Assembly (NCBI RefSeq): GCF_035285525.1
Contig: NZ_JAYKGW010000181.1
Coordinates: 1 to 32,000 of the forward strand
From: Okeania sp.
Lineage (GTDB): Bacteria > Cyanobacteriota > Cyanobacteriia > Cyanobacteriales > Microcoleaceae
Direction of reading: 5' to 3'
Length of the DNA: 32,000 nt
The translations under genes were made by a program, and so were the position numbers. Every line of letters begins with the position of its first letter. Positions within the stretch are counted from its first letter, which is position 1. Below, piece by piece: positions 8,822-16,994 of the stretch. The notes beneath the pieces were generated by a model. The model was not told where the DNA came from. It ran no database searches and worked only from the letters and a program-made list of their open reading frames with translations.

Positions 8822-8846
8822 TTTCCTGCGGAATGCTCCGCAAAGA
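8822..8846. repeat. Small palindromic dispersed element TTTCCTGCGGAATGCTCCGCAAA, best copy
   Basis: TGCGGA-ATGC-TCCGCA forms a 6-bp stem and 4-nt loop. Related copies lie at about 4722-4745 (reverse orientation), 8345-8372, 12886-12910 and 14262-14287 (reverse orientation). Confidence 0.7.
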
Positions 8847-8855
8847 GACGGAGGT

Positions 8856-8876
8856 GCTGATAACTGATAACTGAAA
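8856..8876. repeat. Heptamer repeat (ACTGATA-type) x3
   Basis: gctgata actgata actgaaa, read directly. Confidence 0.85.
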
Positions 8877-8891
8877 TGACTACTCCCCTAC

Positions 8892-9215
8892 TCAAGAATC
8901 TACCCATAACAACATAGTTTTATTATCAAAATCTCCTTTACTTGCTCGCTTTTTATCTTTTTCTAATCTGACTTGATTACGAGAAATTCCATAACTTTTG
9001 AGTAAAGCATCTACTACTTCTAATAAATCAGCTATTTCTATTACTAAATCAGCATTATTGGCTGTAGCTACTTCTTGAGCTTCTTCAATTATTTTCTGTC
9101 GTAATGCTTGCTGATATTCTCTTTCTGATAGAGTTACAGTTTCGCATTCTATACCACTTTTACGGATAATTTCTGGCATGTGATCGCGGACTAATTTATT
9201 ATATTCTTGACGCAT
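8892..9215 (-). CDS. MazG-like / phosphoribosyl-ATP pyrophosphohydrolase-like nucleoside triphosphate pyrophosphohydrolase
   Basis: 107 aa. The opening YNKLVRDHMPEII, followed by EEAQEV...ADLLEVVDALL (an all-alpha EExxE/D-type helix pair), is typical of small house-cleaning NTP-PPases. Confidence 0.75.
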   Translation of the reverse strand: MRQEYNKLVRDHMPEIIRKSGIECETVTLSEREYQQALRQKIIEEAQEVATANNADLVIEIADLLEVVDALLKSYGISRNQVRLEKDKKRASKGDFDNKTMLLWVDS

Positions 9216-9544
9216 AATTATATTAATTGATTAACTAGGGTTTCCGCTCAAAAGTCTGATGTTTAAGGTAGGGAGTAGGAAGTCGTAGGGACCTTCCATG
9301 CAACGTCTGTACAGAGTCAGGATGAATGGGATTTATAGAGGAATTAGTTGAAATAATTGTCTCTTAATTTTTCTTTCCTAGTTAAGATAAAATACTAGGT
9401 TTTTGAACCATTACCGCCTAAAAAATTGCACTTTTTCCGATCCTAAAAAGACTGAAACCTTTATCTATGAATACTTTTATATTTAATCAGCAAGCCATAA
9501 CTAATTATTTTATGATTACAAATTAATATAGTCATCCTAAAACA

Positions 9545-10741
9545 TCAACTTTTAGACAAACGTTCGACTGGTACTCCTCCTAATAATTGATGAGTATCTC
9601 GGAGAATATCTGGAATTTTATCAGCGTGAGGACTATTAACAAGACACTCACTCAAATCATATTTTTCTACTTGTTCAGCACTTGCGCCAGGAAACCAATG
9701 ACTAGCATTTCCTAATAAGTTATAACGCATTTTTCCGTATTCAATCATATCGTAAGAGAGCGCCAAATTTCTTAACCATAAAATTACCGGAATATTAATA
9801 TTTCCCGGAGTATATTCTGGAGTTGGTAAACCAATATGCCAAGTCTTATGCCAATTTTCTCCTAATTTAGCGATCGCCTCTTGTTCTAATTTTATCAATA
9901 TAGGATTTAATATTTCATCTGCTTTATCTAAAAATTCTAATGTTTTTAAATGTTCATCAAAATCTGTTGGTTTTGATGCTCCCACACTCAATGTATGAAC
10001 TTGAGAATGACTTAAACAAAAGAGATTATTAAACACCATCGGACTAACTGGATAACATAAATCTATTAATTTTTGTGGTGGTTGATATAATTTACCACCC
10101 TTATCAGAAGGACTAATAATAAATACTCCCATATCAAACTTTTTAGCAGTTTCTATTGCCAACCAATTATTTTGATTAATGTAATACCAGTGCAAATTAA
10201 CATAATCAAATTGATTTGTTTCTATAGTTTTAACTATCACATCAGTCGGACCATGAGTAGAGAAACCAATAAATCTAATTTTCCCCTGACTTTGTAATTT
10301 TCTAGCTACATCTAAACAACCTCCTGGTCTAGTAGAATAGTTGAGAAGTTCCAATGTATTAATTCCATGTATTCCCAATAAATCAACATATTCTAATTGT
10401 AAAAATTGGAGAGATTGCTGAAATGTAGTTTCAAATTCTTGGGAGTCAGCACTAGGACAAACTTTAGTTTGAACAATCAACTTTTCCCGTGGAAACTTAG
10501 GTAAAATTTCTCCCAGTTGTATTTCAGATGTGCCATAACCACGAGCAGTTTCTATATGATTAATACCACATTCTAGAGAGCGACGAATTGTATTTTCTAA
10601 GTTTTCTTGATTATCTAGTGGAATTTCATTTTTAGCAACATCTTGCCATTTATATTGATATCTCATTCCACCACAAGAAAAGACTGGTATTGATAATTTT
10701 GTTCTTCCAAAACGTCGATATTGCATATTTTTAACAATCAA
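9545..10741 (-). CDS. Aldo/keto reductase family oxidoreductase
   Basis: 398 aa: YRRFGRTKLSIPVFSCGGMR...GINHIETARGYGTSE...VQTKV...YVDLLGIHG...IGFSTHG is the AKR (beta/alpha)8 pattern. A long C-terminal extension matches that seen in cyanobacterial AKR-like proteins. Confidence 0.85.
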   Translation of the reverse strand: MIVKNMQYRRFGRTKLSIPVFSCGGMRYQYKWQDVAKNEIPLDNQENLENTIRRSLECGINHIETARGYGTSEIQLGEILPKFPREKLIVQTKVCPSADSQEFETTFQQSLQFLQLEYVDLLGIHGINTLELLNYSTRPGGCLDVARKLQSQGKIRFIGFSTHGPTDVIVKTIETNQFDYVNLHWYYINQNNWLAIETAKKFDMGVFIISPSDKGGKLYQPPQKLIDLCYPVSPMVFNNLFCLSHSQVHTLSVGASKPTDFDEHLKTLEFLDKADEILNPILIKLEQEAIAKLGENWHKTWHIGLPTPEYTPGNINIPVILWLRNLALSYDMIEYGKMRYNLLGNASHWFPGASAEQVEKYDLSECLVNSPHADKIPDILRDTHQLLGGVPVERLSKS

Positions 10742-10886
10742 TAATCACTATTAATTTTTAATATTAAAATTGGAATAATTACTATTATATATCAATCCTA
10801 AATATAGGATTGCTAAATAGGTTTTGATAAATCAAAAAGGAAATAAAAAAATTGAAACTCCCAACTATTTCTTGTTCTCCAAGAAA

Positions 10887-11329
10887 GTAAGCATTCAGCT
10901 ATTAGCAAGAAGACTGTGTGCTTAAGGACTATGCTTTATAAACATCTTTCTTAACATAAAACTTGGGCATTACTGGCAAGTTATGAGTAAGTCTTAGTTC
11001 GGCTTTTTTTGCAGAAAAATGTATGAAGAAACACATTTTTTGGCGATCGCTTAAATATTTTTACTGAGCTAATATGATTTTTTATCCCTGCCTCCCTCTC
11101 TCCATGTCTCCCCCTCTCCATGTCTCCCCCTCTCCAGAAGGTTTTCAGGAGTTCCTGATCAGGAATAGTCTGAAGGAGGGGGTTTAAATGAATATAGAGT
11201 TTGGATTTAACTTTTATAGGTAGATTTTTCGTTTCTCAATCAATAAAGCTTTTATTGCCGACTAAAAGGAATAGCTGAATTGCATTCTGACCCAGGAAGC
11301 TAGCTAATAGCTGACAGCTGAATGCTTAC
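10887..11329. mobile_element. Composite MITE-like element (GTAAGCATTCAGCTAT-type terminal inverted repeats) carrying a nested 249-bp insertion
   Basis: The left end is GTAAGCATTCAGCTATTAGC (10887-). The right end is GCTGACAGCTGAATGCTTAC (-11329), its reverse complement with 2 mismatches. The internal sequence is colinear with the intact copy at 14666-14819 up to GCTTAAGGA, then resumes at GGGGGTTTAAATGAATATAGA. The intervening 10929-11177 is flanked by AAGGA on both sides. Confidence 0.6.
11099..11136. repeat. 16-bp CT-rich direct repeat x2.4 (TCTCCATGTCTCCCCC)
   Basis: Read directly, inside the nested insert of the composite MITE. Confidence 0.85.
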
Positions 11330-11511
11330 CTAAAAAGTAATGAAACTTTTTACACAAATCAAATAGGATTGCTATAGGTTGTCACAATTAAAAAAACAGA
11401 AATAAACTCCAAAAATCCTATCTTTTCAGTATTATTTTTTCCCTAAAAGCCAGAAAATTTATGACATGAAAAAAATAGGATTGCTATATTCAAGTCATTG
11501 GAACTTGAAGA

Positions 11512-11674
11512 TAAGCATTCAACTATTAGCCATCATATTTTAGCCAACCCTATTTCAACTTGAAAATTGCTTTAAATGAATATAAATTTTAAAGTTAGCT
11601 TTGATAGCAAGATTAAACTCACCTCAACTAATAAAGCTTTTTTCTCAAATTAAAATAAATAACTGAATGCTTAC
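11512..11674. mobile_element. MITE-like element, same TIR family
   Basis: The ends are TAAGCATTCAACTATTAGCC ... AAATAACTGAATGCTTAC. The internal TTTAAATGAATATA and AATAAAGCTTTT blocks are shared with the copies at 11178-11329 and 14666-14819. Confidence 0.6.
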
Positions 11675-11759
11675 ACTCGAACAGATTAGAAGGAAGTAAT
11701 CTCAGGGATAGTAGGAGATTACTTTCTATCATCAATAGGAGCAAGTTTTCAACTAAAAT

Positions 11760-12263
11760 CTATATAATTTCCAGAGAAGATTCTTCCATTATTTCATTTG
11801 TAGCAAAATTTGTTCTAGCTAACGAACCATAATACTTTCTTGCTGCCTCATCATAAGCCATAGCTGCATCTTTTTCTACCTCAAAACGACCTAAACGTAT
11901 TTGTTTTTTATAAACTTTAATTTCTGCTATCCACTTACATTTATCTTTACACCAATACACTCCTCGGTATTTAGATGAATGTTTAACACTAGGTCTCCTG
12001 TGCATTCGCGCACTTCCTTTAACTAAACGTAAGTTTTCTCGCCGATTATCTAGTTTATTATGATTAAGATGATAAACTGATACACCCATAGGAGCATCAA
12101 TAATTACTCTGTGCATATAAATGGTAGTTCTTTTATTATCTTTTTTGATAGTTCTAGCAGCAAACCCGTCTATCAAATACCATTTATATTTTGATAATTC
12201 TTCATAGTCTTGTTCATCAACAATTACTATTTGCCCTCTGGTAATCGAAATTTCTTTAGACAT
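11760..12263 (-). CDS. Free-standing HNH endonuclease fused to an AP2/ERF-type DNA-binding domain (homing-endonuclease-like)
   Basis: 167 aa. The N-terminal part reads IVIVDEQDYEELSKYKWY...IYMHRVII...VYHLNHNKLDNRRENLRLV, an HNH_3-type H-N-N-H core. The C-terminal part reads SSKYRGVYWCKDKCKWIAEIKVYKKQIRLGRFEVEKDAAMAYDEAARKYYGSLARTNF, a textbook AP2 domain (YRGV...W.A.I....K...LG.F....AA.AYD.AA....G..A..NF). Confidence 0.9.
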   Translation of the reverse strand: MSKEISITRGQIVIVDEQDYEELSKYKWYLIDGFAARTIKKDNKRTTIYMHRVIIDAPMGVSVYHLNHNKLDNRRENLRLVKGSARMHRRPSVKHSSKYRGVYWCKDKCKWIAEIKVYKKQIRLGRFEVEKDAAMAYDEAARKYYGSLARTNFATNEIMEESSLEII

Positions 12264-12818
12264 TTTTCCAGCCTTCTTGTTTTATCAATTAATAAAGAAT
12301 AACTAATCTTTTCAAACATTTGAGGCCAGTACAAAGTTTTTGAGAACATAATTATTTAACTTTTTTTGATTGCTAGTTTAATTATTCTTAGCTGCACCCC
12401 AATTGTATTTGATGAATTAAAAAAAAATTAATTCATTATTTATATTTACTTAGCTATTTCTGAATATTTAAACAGTAGATGTAGATTGATTTTTGGGTTT
12501 AATAATCTCCAAGAGATTATTAAACTCCTATAATTTGACACCAATAATCTTTGCTTAATTGTTGTTACTACTTTAGTTTAAATATTATATAAATAAATCA
12601 GCAAAGTTATTGTCTTAAATTTTGCTTTAGTTTTTGGAAAAATTCTCACTCTTAGAAGAAATGAACAATCAAGATAGTGCCTTAAATTTCTCCTATTATG
12701 AAAATATATTCTCTTCCACCATAGCATATAATAAAAGGTTTAAGTCAAATTGAATCTTTAATTTAATAGTTAATTCAGCTATTGCTGCCCCTTTTTCCCA
12801 GAATCTTGGTAAGCATTC

Positions 12819-13038
12819 AGCTATTAGTATTCAGTTATCAGCTTTTGAATCCGGGAAGTAACGACTAAGGTTAGGTTTTATTGCCAATTTCATTTCCTAC
12901 GGAATACTGTACCAATATAACAATGAATGAAGCAAGCGCTGTTTTAGCTTCTACTTTTCAACCATATATCTTAACTTGTAAACCCATATAGTATATGGCC
13001 GGAAATTTATAGATTTGCCTCAAAAGCTGAATGCTTAC
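12819..13038. mobile_element. MITE-like element, same TIR family
   Basis: The ends are GTAAGCATTCAGCTATTAGT ... CAAAAGCTGAATGCTTAC. It contains a copy of the small TTTCCTACGGAAT palindromic element. Confidence 0.55.
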
Positions 13039-13272
13039 AAAATTTCACGTCAGTATTTCCAACTTATGGCAACAACTGCAAGGTACTGATAATTGAAACG
13101 ACTTCATTAAAGATGGCCTATTTTAATACTTCTATAATTTGATTGTTAATATTACAGAGGATGTTATAATCAGAACCAGAACTGATAGATGAGACTCCCT
13201 ATTTAATTAAATCCCTTTTTTTGACGAGACGAGTAGTAGCTCTAAATTTGTTATTGATGTCTATGCGTTTTT

Positions 13273-13382
13273 GGGGTGCATTTCAATTTTGAAGAAAGCT
13301 AAAAAATTATCACTTTTAGCAAATCAAGAACAGGAAATAGGTATGGAGAAAAAAGTATTTTTGCAAATATGAAATGCACCTC
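13273..13382. other. Long-range 13-bp inverted repeat enclosing 84 nt (small MITE or structured RNA)
   Basis: GGGGTGCATTTCA (13273-13285) pairs with TGAAATGCACCTC (13370-13382): 12 Watson-Crick pairs plus one G-U. Confidence 0.3.
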
Positions 13383-13777
13383 ATTTCTGTGCTATGTAAC
13401 TGCTGATGGAACTAAGGAAATAAGTAATATTTAACCGATTGCGATCGCAAACACTTGTGGTCTATATTTGAGTGTCAAAATTTCACAATAATTGATTATA
13501 ACTTTCAACATAATTGTTGCTTTTATTATCAGGATAGTAGGAAAATAAATTGCTTCTTCAATTTTATTTGTTAGTTAATAAATACTATTGAAAGTAACTA
13601 AAACTTCGACATTTTTTATTGCCGGGGTGAATACTCCCTGCTCAAGAAAAGTAACAATTAACAGCATCTAACTTTTGGCAATGAAATTGCGGTTAATTCA
13701 GTTTTTTTACGCGAATTTTTTTAGATAGTCTAGGAAATTTTAATAATCACTAATTTGGCTCGTAAGTGTATAAGCAA

Positions 13778-13889
13778 AATTACAGCAGATTCCAACCACA
13801 AGAAGTACAGGTATTAATAATTAAATATTACCGTTTGAGCCGGAAAGCTCCCGTGGATATACCTCACCAAACTGGAATCCGCTGTAATT
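13778..13889. other. Long-range 17-bp inverted repeat enclosing 78 nt (small MITE or structured RNA)
   Basis: AATTACAGCAGATTCCA (13778-13794) pairs with TGGAATCCGCTGTAATT (13873-13889): 16 of 17 positions pair, with one A-C mismatch. The interior contains a GAGC-CGGAAA-GCTC hairpin. Confidence 0.3.
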
Positions 13890-14106
13890 AATTATCTAGA
13901 TTGATGAAGCAGACTATTTTTTCTATTTTCCTATATTTCCTACAATTAAAAATTAGGTGTATCTCTACAACTTTAGAACAACTATATACTTTTTTTCAAG
14001 TTATCAATGAAAGTTTAAATAATCAATTTTTTATTTTATTGGCAAATCCAAAAATTATTACAATTTAGATTATAAATTTGAAGACTATAAGCAAGTAAAC
14101 AAAATC

Positions 14107-14293
14107 TAAACATTCAGCCTTCAGCTAATAGAAGACTGCTTTGAGTTTTAGATAAAAGCTTGACTAATTGATCCAGAATTAAATCTTAACTATAAAAGCT
14201 GACTTTAAAGCAATATTTTATTGAAAATCCCTGCTTTTGCTGATAGCTGATAGCTAATATCTGTTTGCGCAGCATTCCGCAGGAAATGCTTAC
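14107..14293. mobile_element. MITE-like element, same TIR family, right TIR split by a 35-nt insertion
   Basis: The left end is TAAACATTCAGCCTTCAGC. The right end reads GCTGATAGCTGA[35 nt, 14251-14285]ATGCTTAC. Deleting the bracketed segment restores the family consensus GCTGATAGCTGAATGCTTAC. The insert carries the small TTTGCGCAGCATTCCGCAGGAAA palindromic element. Confidence 0.55.
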
Positions 14294-14665
14294 AACAAAA
14301 TAAATTACACGTTTGAGAAGCTGAAATATTTACTGTCTAAATATGGCTTTTGCAAATAATTATGTGTAGGTGCTTATAATTAAAAGCCATAAAAATTAAA
14401 AATTATCCCTGGTAAAATTTTTATTTTCTATAAATAGTTAATCCTGATAATTTTACCGAATAATTAATAGTTAATAGTCAATAATTATTCATTCAACAAT
14501 TCAGGCTTAAAGCTTACCCTTGTTAAGGGGATAAATCAAAAGTTTTCCTTTGAGTCAATCCCCTTCTTTAAAGAAAAGAGTAATTATTAATTATTAATTG
14601 TTCATTATTAATTGCTGAAATTAGTTATTAAGGGAAATTTTGATGAATTATTGCTAATTAATTTA

Positions 14666-14819
14666 TAAACATTCAGCTATCAGCAATAATACTCTTTGCT
14701 TAAGGAGGGGGTTTAAATGAATATAGACTTTAGAACTGACTTTTGCATATTTTTCGTTTCTCAATTTAAGAAAGCTTTTATTACTCACTAAAAGCAATAG
14801 CTGATAGCTGACTGCTTAC
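14666..14819. mobile_element. MITE-like element, apparently intact 154-bp reference copy
   Basis: The ends are TAAACATTCAGCTATCAGC ... GCTGATAGCTGACTGCTTAC. It lies 90 bp upstream of the ABC transporter start. Confidence 0.6.
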
Positions 14820-14909
14820 ATTAATTTAATTCCAGATAAAATAATCTATTTTTCTATTTTATTGTTTGCCGAATTACTAATCTCCACTTCCTAAAACAAA
14901 AAAATTAAA

Positions 14910-16910
14910 ATGTTATTTATTCAAGAAAAAATGAATAAACTAGATCATAAACTTTTGCATGATTTTTTACATATAGCTCAACCATATTTTTATCCCGTAG
15001 AACGAAGCAGCAGTAAAATTTTCTTAGGACTATTATTTCTACTTTTAATATTTTTATTTGCTACTGTTTTTATAATTGTTAGCTTAGTTTGCATAGTTAG
15101 CCAAACAATATTTGGTGAATCATTCAATAGCATTGCCCCTGGTTTAGTAGACACAATTAAACATATAATTAATTCACATTGGATATTTGTAATTATCTTA
15201 ACGATCGTCATTCCTAGTAGTGCTTTTTGGTACTATAGAAGACGAATTATACCTCGTTGGCAACCTTGGGCACTATTAACTTTACTGTTATTTTTATCCC
15301 TATCAGTTAGTGGTTTAAACGTAATTATTAGCTATGTTGGTAACTTCTTTACTACCGCTCTAGCAGAAAAAGACCAACCAACTTTTTGGCGATTTCTATT
15401 TGTTTATGCCGGAGTATTTGTTGTTGGTACTCCAATAGTTGTAGTTTACACCTATACACGCCAAAAATTAGGACTATATTGGCGGAAGTGGATGACTAAC
15501 AAATTTATTGAAAACTACTTAAATAATAGGTCTTATTATCAAATTAATTCTGAGAGAAAAATTGATAATCCAGACCAAAGAATAGCAGAAGATATTAAAT
15601 ATTTCACTAACCAAAGTTTGTCTTTTTTGCTCACAATTCTTGGCTCATTAATTGACGTAATTTCCTTCACCGGAATTTTGTGGTCAATATCAGTACCACT
15701 ATCAATATTTCTAATTTTTTATGCTGTAACAGGAACATTAATAGCAGTAATTTTTGGCAAAAAATTAATTAGTTTAAATTTCAACCAACTTAGACGAGAA
15801 GCAGATTTTCGTTATGGGTTAGTGCATATTCGTGACAATGCTGAATCAATTGCTTTTTATCAGGGAGAAGAACAAGAATTATGGCAAATAAAGCAAAGAT
15901 TTACTCAGGTTTTTCAGAATTTTAATTTGCTAATTGGTTGGCAGAGAAATGTAGATTACTTTACCACCAGTTATCGATACGCAGTCATAATTTTGCCTTC
16001 TTTGATAATGGCTCCTATTTACTTTGCAGGTGAGATTAAATATGGAGATATTACTCAAGCAGGTTTTGCATTTAGTCAAGTTTTAGGAGCTTTTTCTTTA
16101 GTAGTTAGTCAGATTGATAATTTAACTGCTTTTGCTGCTGGTATTAATCGTTTATCTAAATTTAAAGATACATTAGAAGATAGGCAAAAAAAATTACCAG
16201 AAATAATAAATAGGGAAATTGATATTACAGAAAATTCTCGACTGGTGCTAGAAAATATTACTCTCAATACTCCTTTAAATTACGAAGCTATAAATAAAAA
16301 TCAAAAGACTCTAGTGAAAAATTTATCAGTAGTATTACAACCTAGTAAAGGATTATTAATTGTTGGTAAAAGTGGCGTTGGTAAGAGTTCTTTATTAAGA
16401 GCAATAGCAGGTCTATGGAAATCCGGTACAGGTTGTTTAAAACGTCCTAATTTGGAAGAAATGTTATTTTTACCTCAGCGTCCTTATATGATTTTAGGAA
16501 GTTTAAAACAACAATTATTATACCCTAAAATTAATCAATATTTTGATGAGTATACATTACACAAAATATTGAAAATTGTTAACTTAGGAGATTTACCAGA
16601 CCGATTAGGTGGTTTTGATATAGAGTTAGAATGGGAAAATGTTTTATCCTTAGGAGAACAACAACGTTTAGCTTTTGCCAGACTATTATTAACTCAACCA
16701 TCTTATGCAATTTTAGATGAAGCAACTAGCGCCTTAGACTTACAAAATGAGGCAGAACTTTATCAAAAATTACAAACAACTAAAACAACATTTATTAGTG
16801 TCGGACATCGTTTAAGTTTGCTAAAATATCATCACCAAGTATTAGAATTAACTGGTAATGCTAATTGGCAAATATTATCTGTAGAAAATTATCAAGCCAA
16901 AGTTAGATGA
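14910..16910 (+). CDS. ABC transporter, fused permease/ATPase half-transporter of the ABCD / SbmA-BacA-like type
   Basis: 666 aa. The N-terminal half has about 6 TM helices and the motif NPDQRIAEDI, characteristic of the ABC_membrane_2 (peroxisomal ABCD/SbmA) fold. The C-terminal NBD has Walker A GKSGVGKSSLLRAIAG, signature LSLGEQQRLAFARLL and Walker B ILDEATSALD. Confidence 0.9.
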   Translation: MLFIQEKMNKLDHKLLHDFLHIAQPYFYPVERSSSKIFLGLLFLLLIFLFATVFIIVSLVCIVSQTIFGESFNSIAPGLVDTIKHIINSHWIFVIILTIVIPSSAFWYYRRRIIPRWQPWALLTLLLFLSLSVSGLNVIISYVGNFFTTALAEKDQPTFWRFLFVYAGVFVVGTPIVVVYTYTRQKLGLYWRKWMTNKFIENYLNNRSYYQINSERKIDNPDQRIAEDIKYFTNQSLSFLLTILGSLIDVISFTGILWSISVPLSIFLIFYAVTGTLIAVIFGKKLISLNFNQLRREADFRYGLVHIRDNAESIAFYQGEEQELWQIKQRFTQVFQNFNLLIGWQRNVDYFTTSYRYAVIILPSLIMAPIYFAGEIKYGDITQAGFAFSQVLGAFSLVVSQIDNLTAFAAGINRLSKFKDTLEDRQKKLPEIINREIDITENSRLVLENITLNTPLNYEAINKNQKTLVKNLSVVLQPSKGLLIVGKSGVGKSSLLRAIAGLWKSGTGCLKRPNLEEMLFLPQRPYMILGSLKQQLLYPKINQYFDEYTLHKILKIVNLGDLPDRLGGFDIELEWENVLSLGEQQRLAFARLLLTQPSYAILDEATSALDLQNEAELYQKLQTTKTTFISVGHRLSLLKYHHQVLELTGNANWQILSVENYQAKVR

Positions 16911-16934
16911 TTAAATTAATAGGTAAGGATTCCA

Positions 16935-16962
16935 GGGAATAGGGAATAGGAAATAGGAAAAA
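16935..16962. repeat. Heptamer repeat (GGGAATA/GGAAATA)x4
   Basis: gggaata gggaata ggaaata ggaaaaa, read directly. Confidence 0.85.
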
Positions 16963-16994
16963 AGTCTTTTTGCCAAAGCAGGGAAAAAGACTTT

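Noticed and set aside
11694-11724. 10-bp hairpin (AAGTAATCTC / GAGATTACTT) downstream of the HNH-AP2 gene, considered as its terminator
   Set aside because: On the minus strand it is not followed by a U-tract (the sequence is CCTTCTAATCTG). Evidence is insufficient to call a terminator.
13778-13889. Structured element considered as a riboswitch (cobalamin or TPP) controlling the downstream ABCD-type transporter
   Set aside because: It lies about 1 kb upstream of the transporter start with two MITE copies in between. I could find neither a B12 box (GCCACTG-type) nor the TPP CTGAGA/ACCTGA core on either strand. It is kept only as an unclassified candidate structure.
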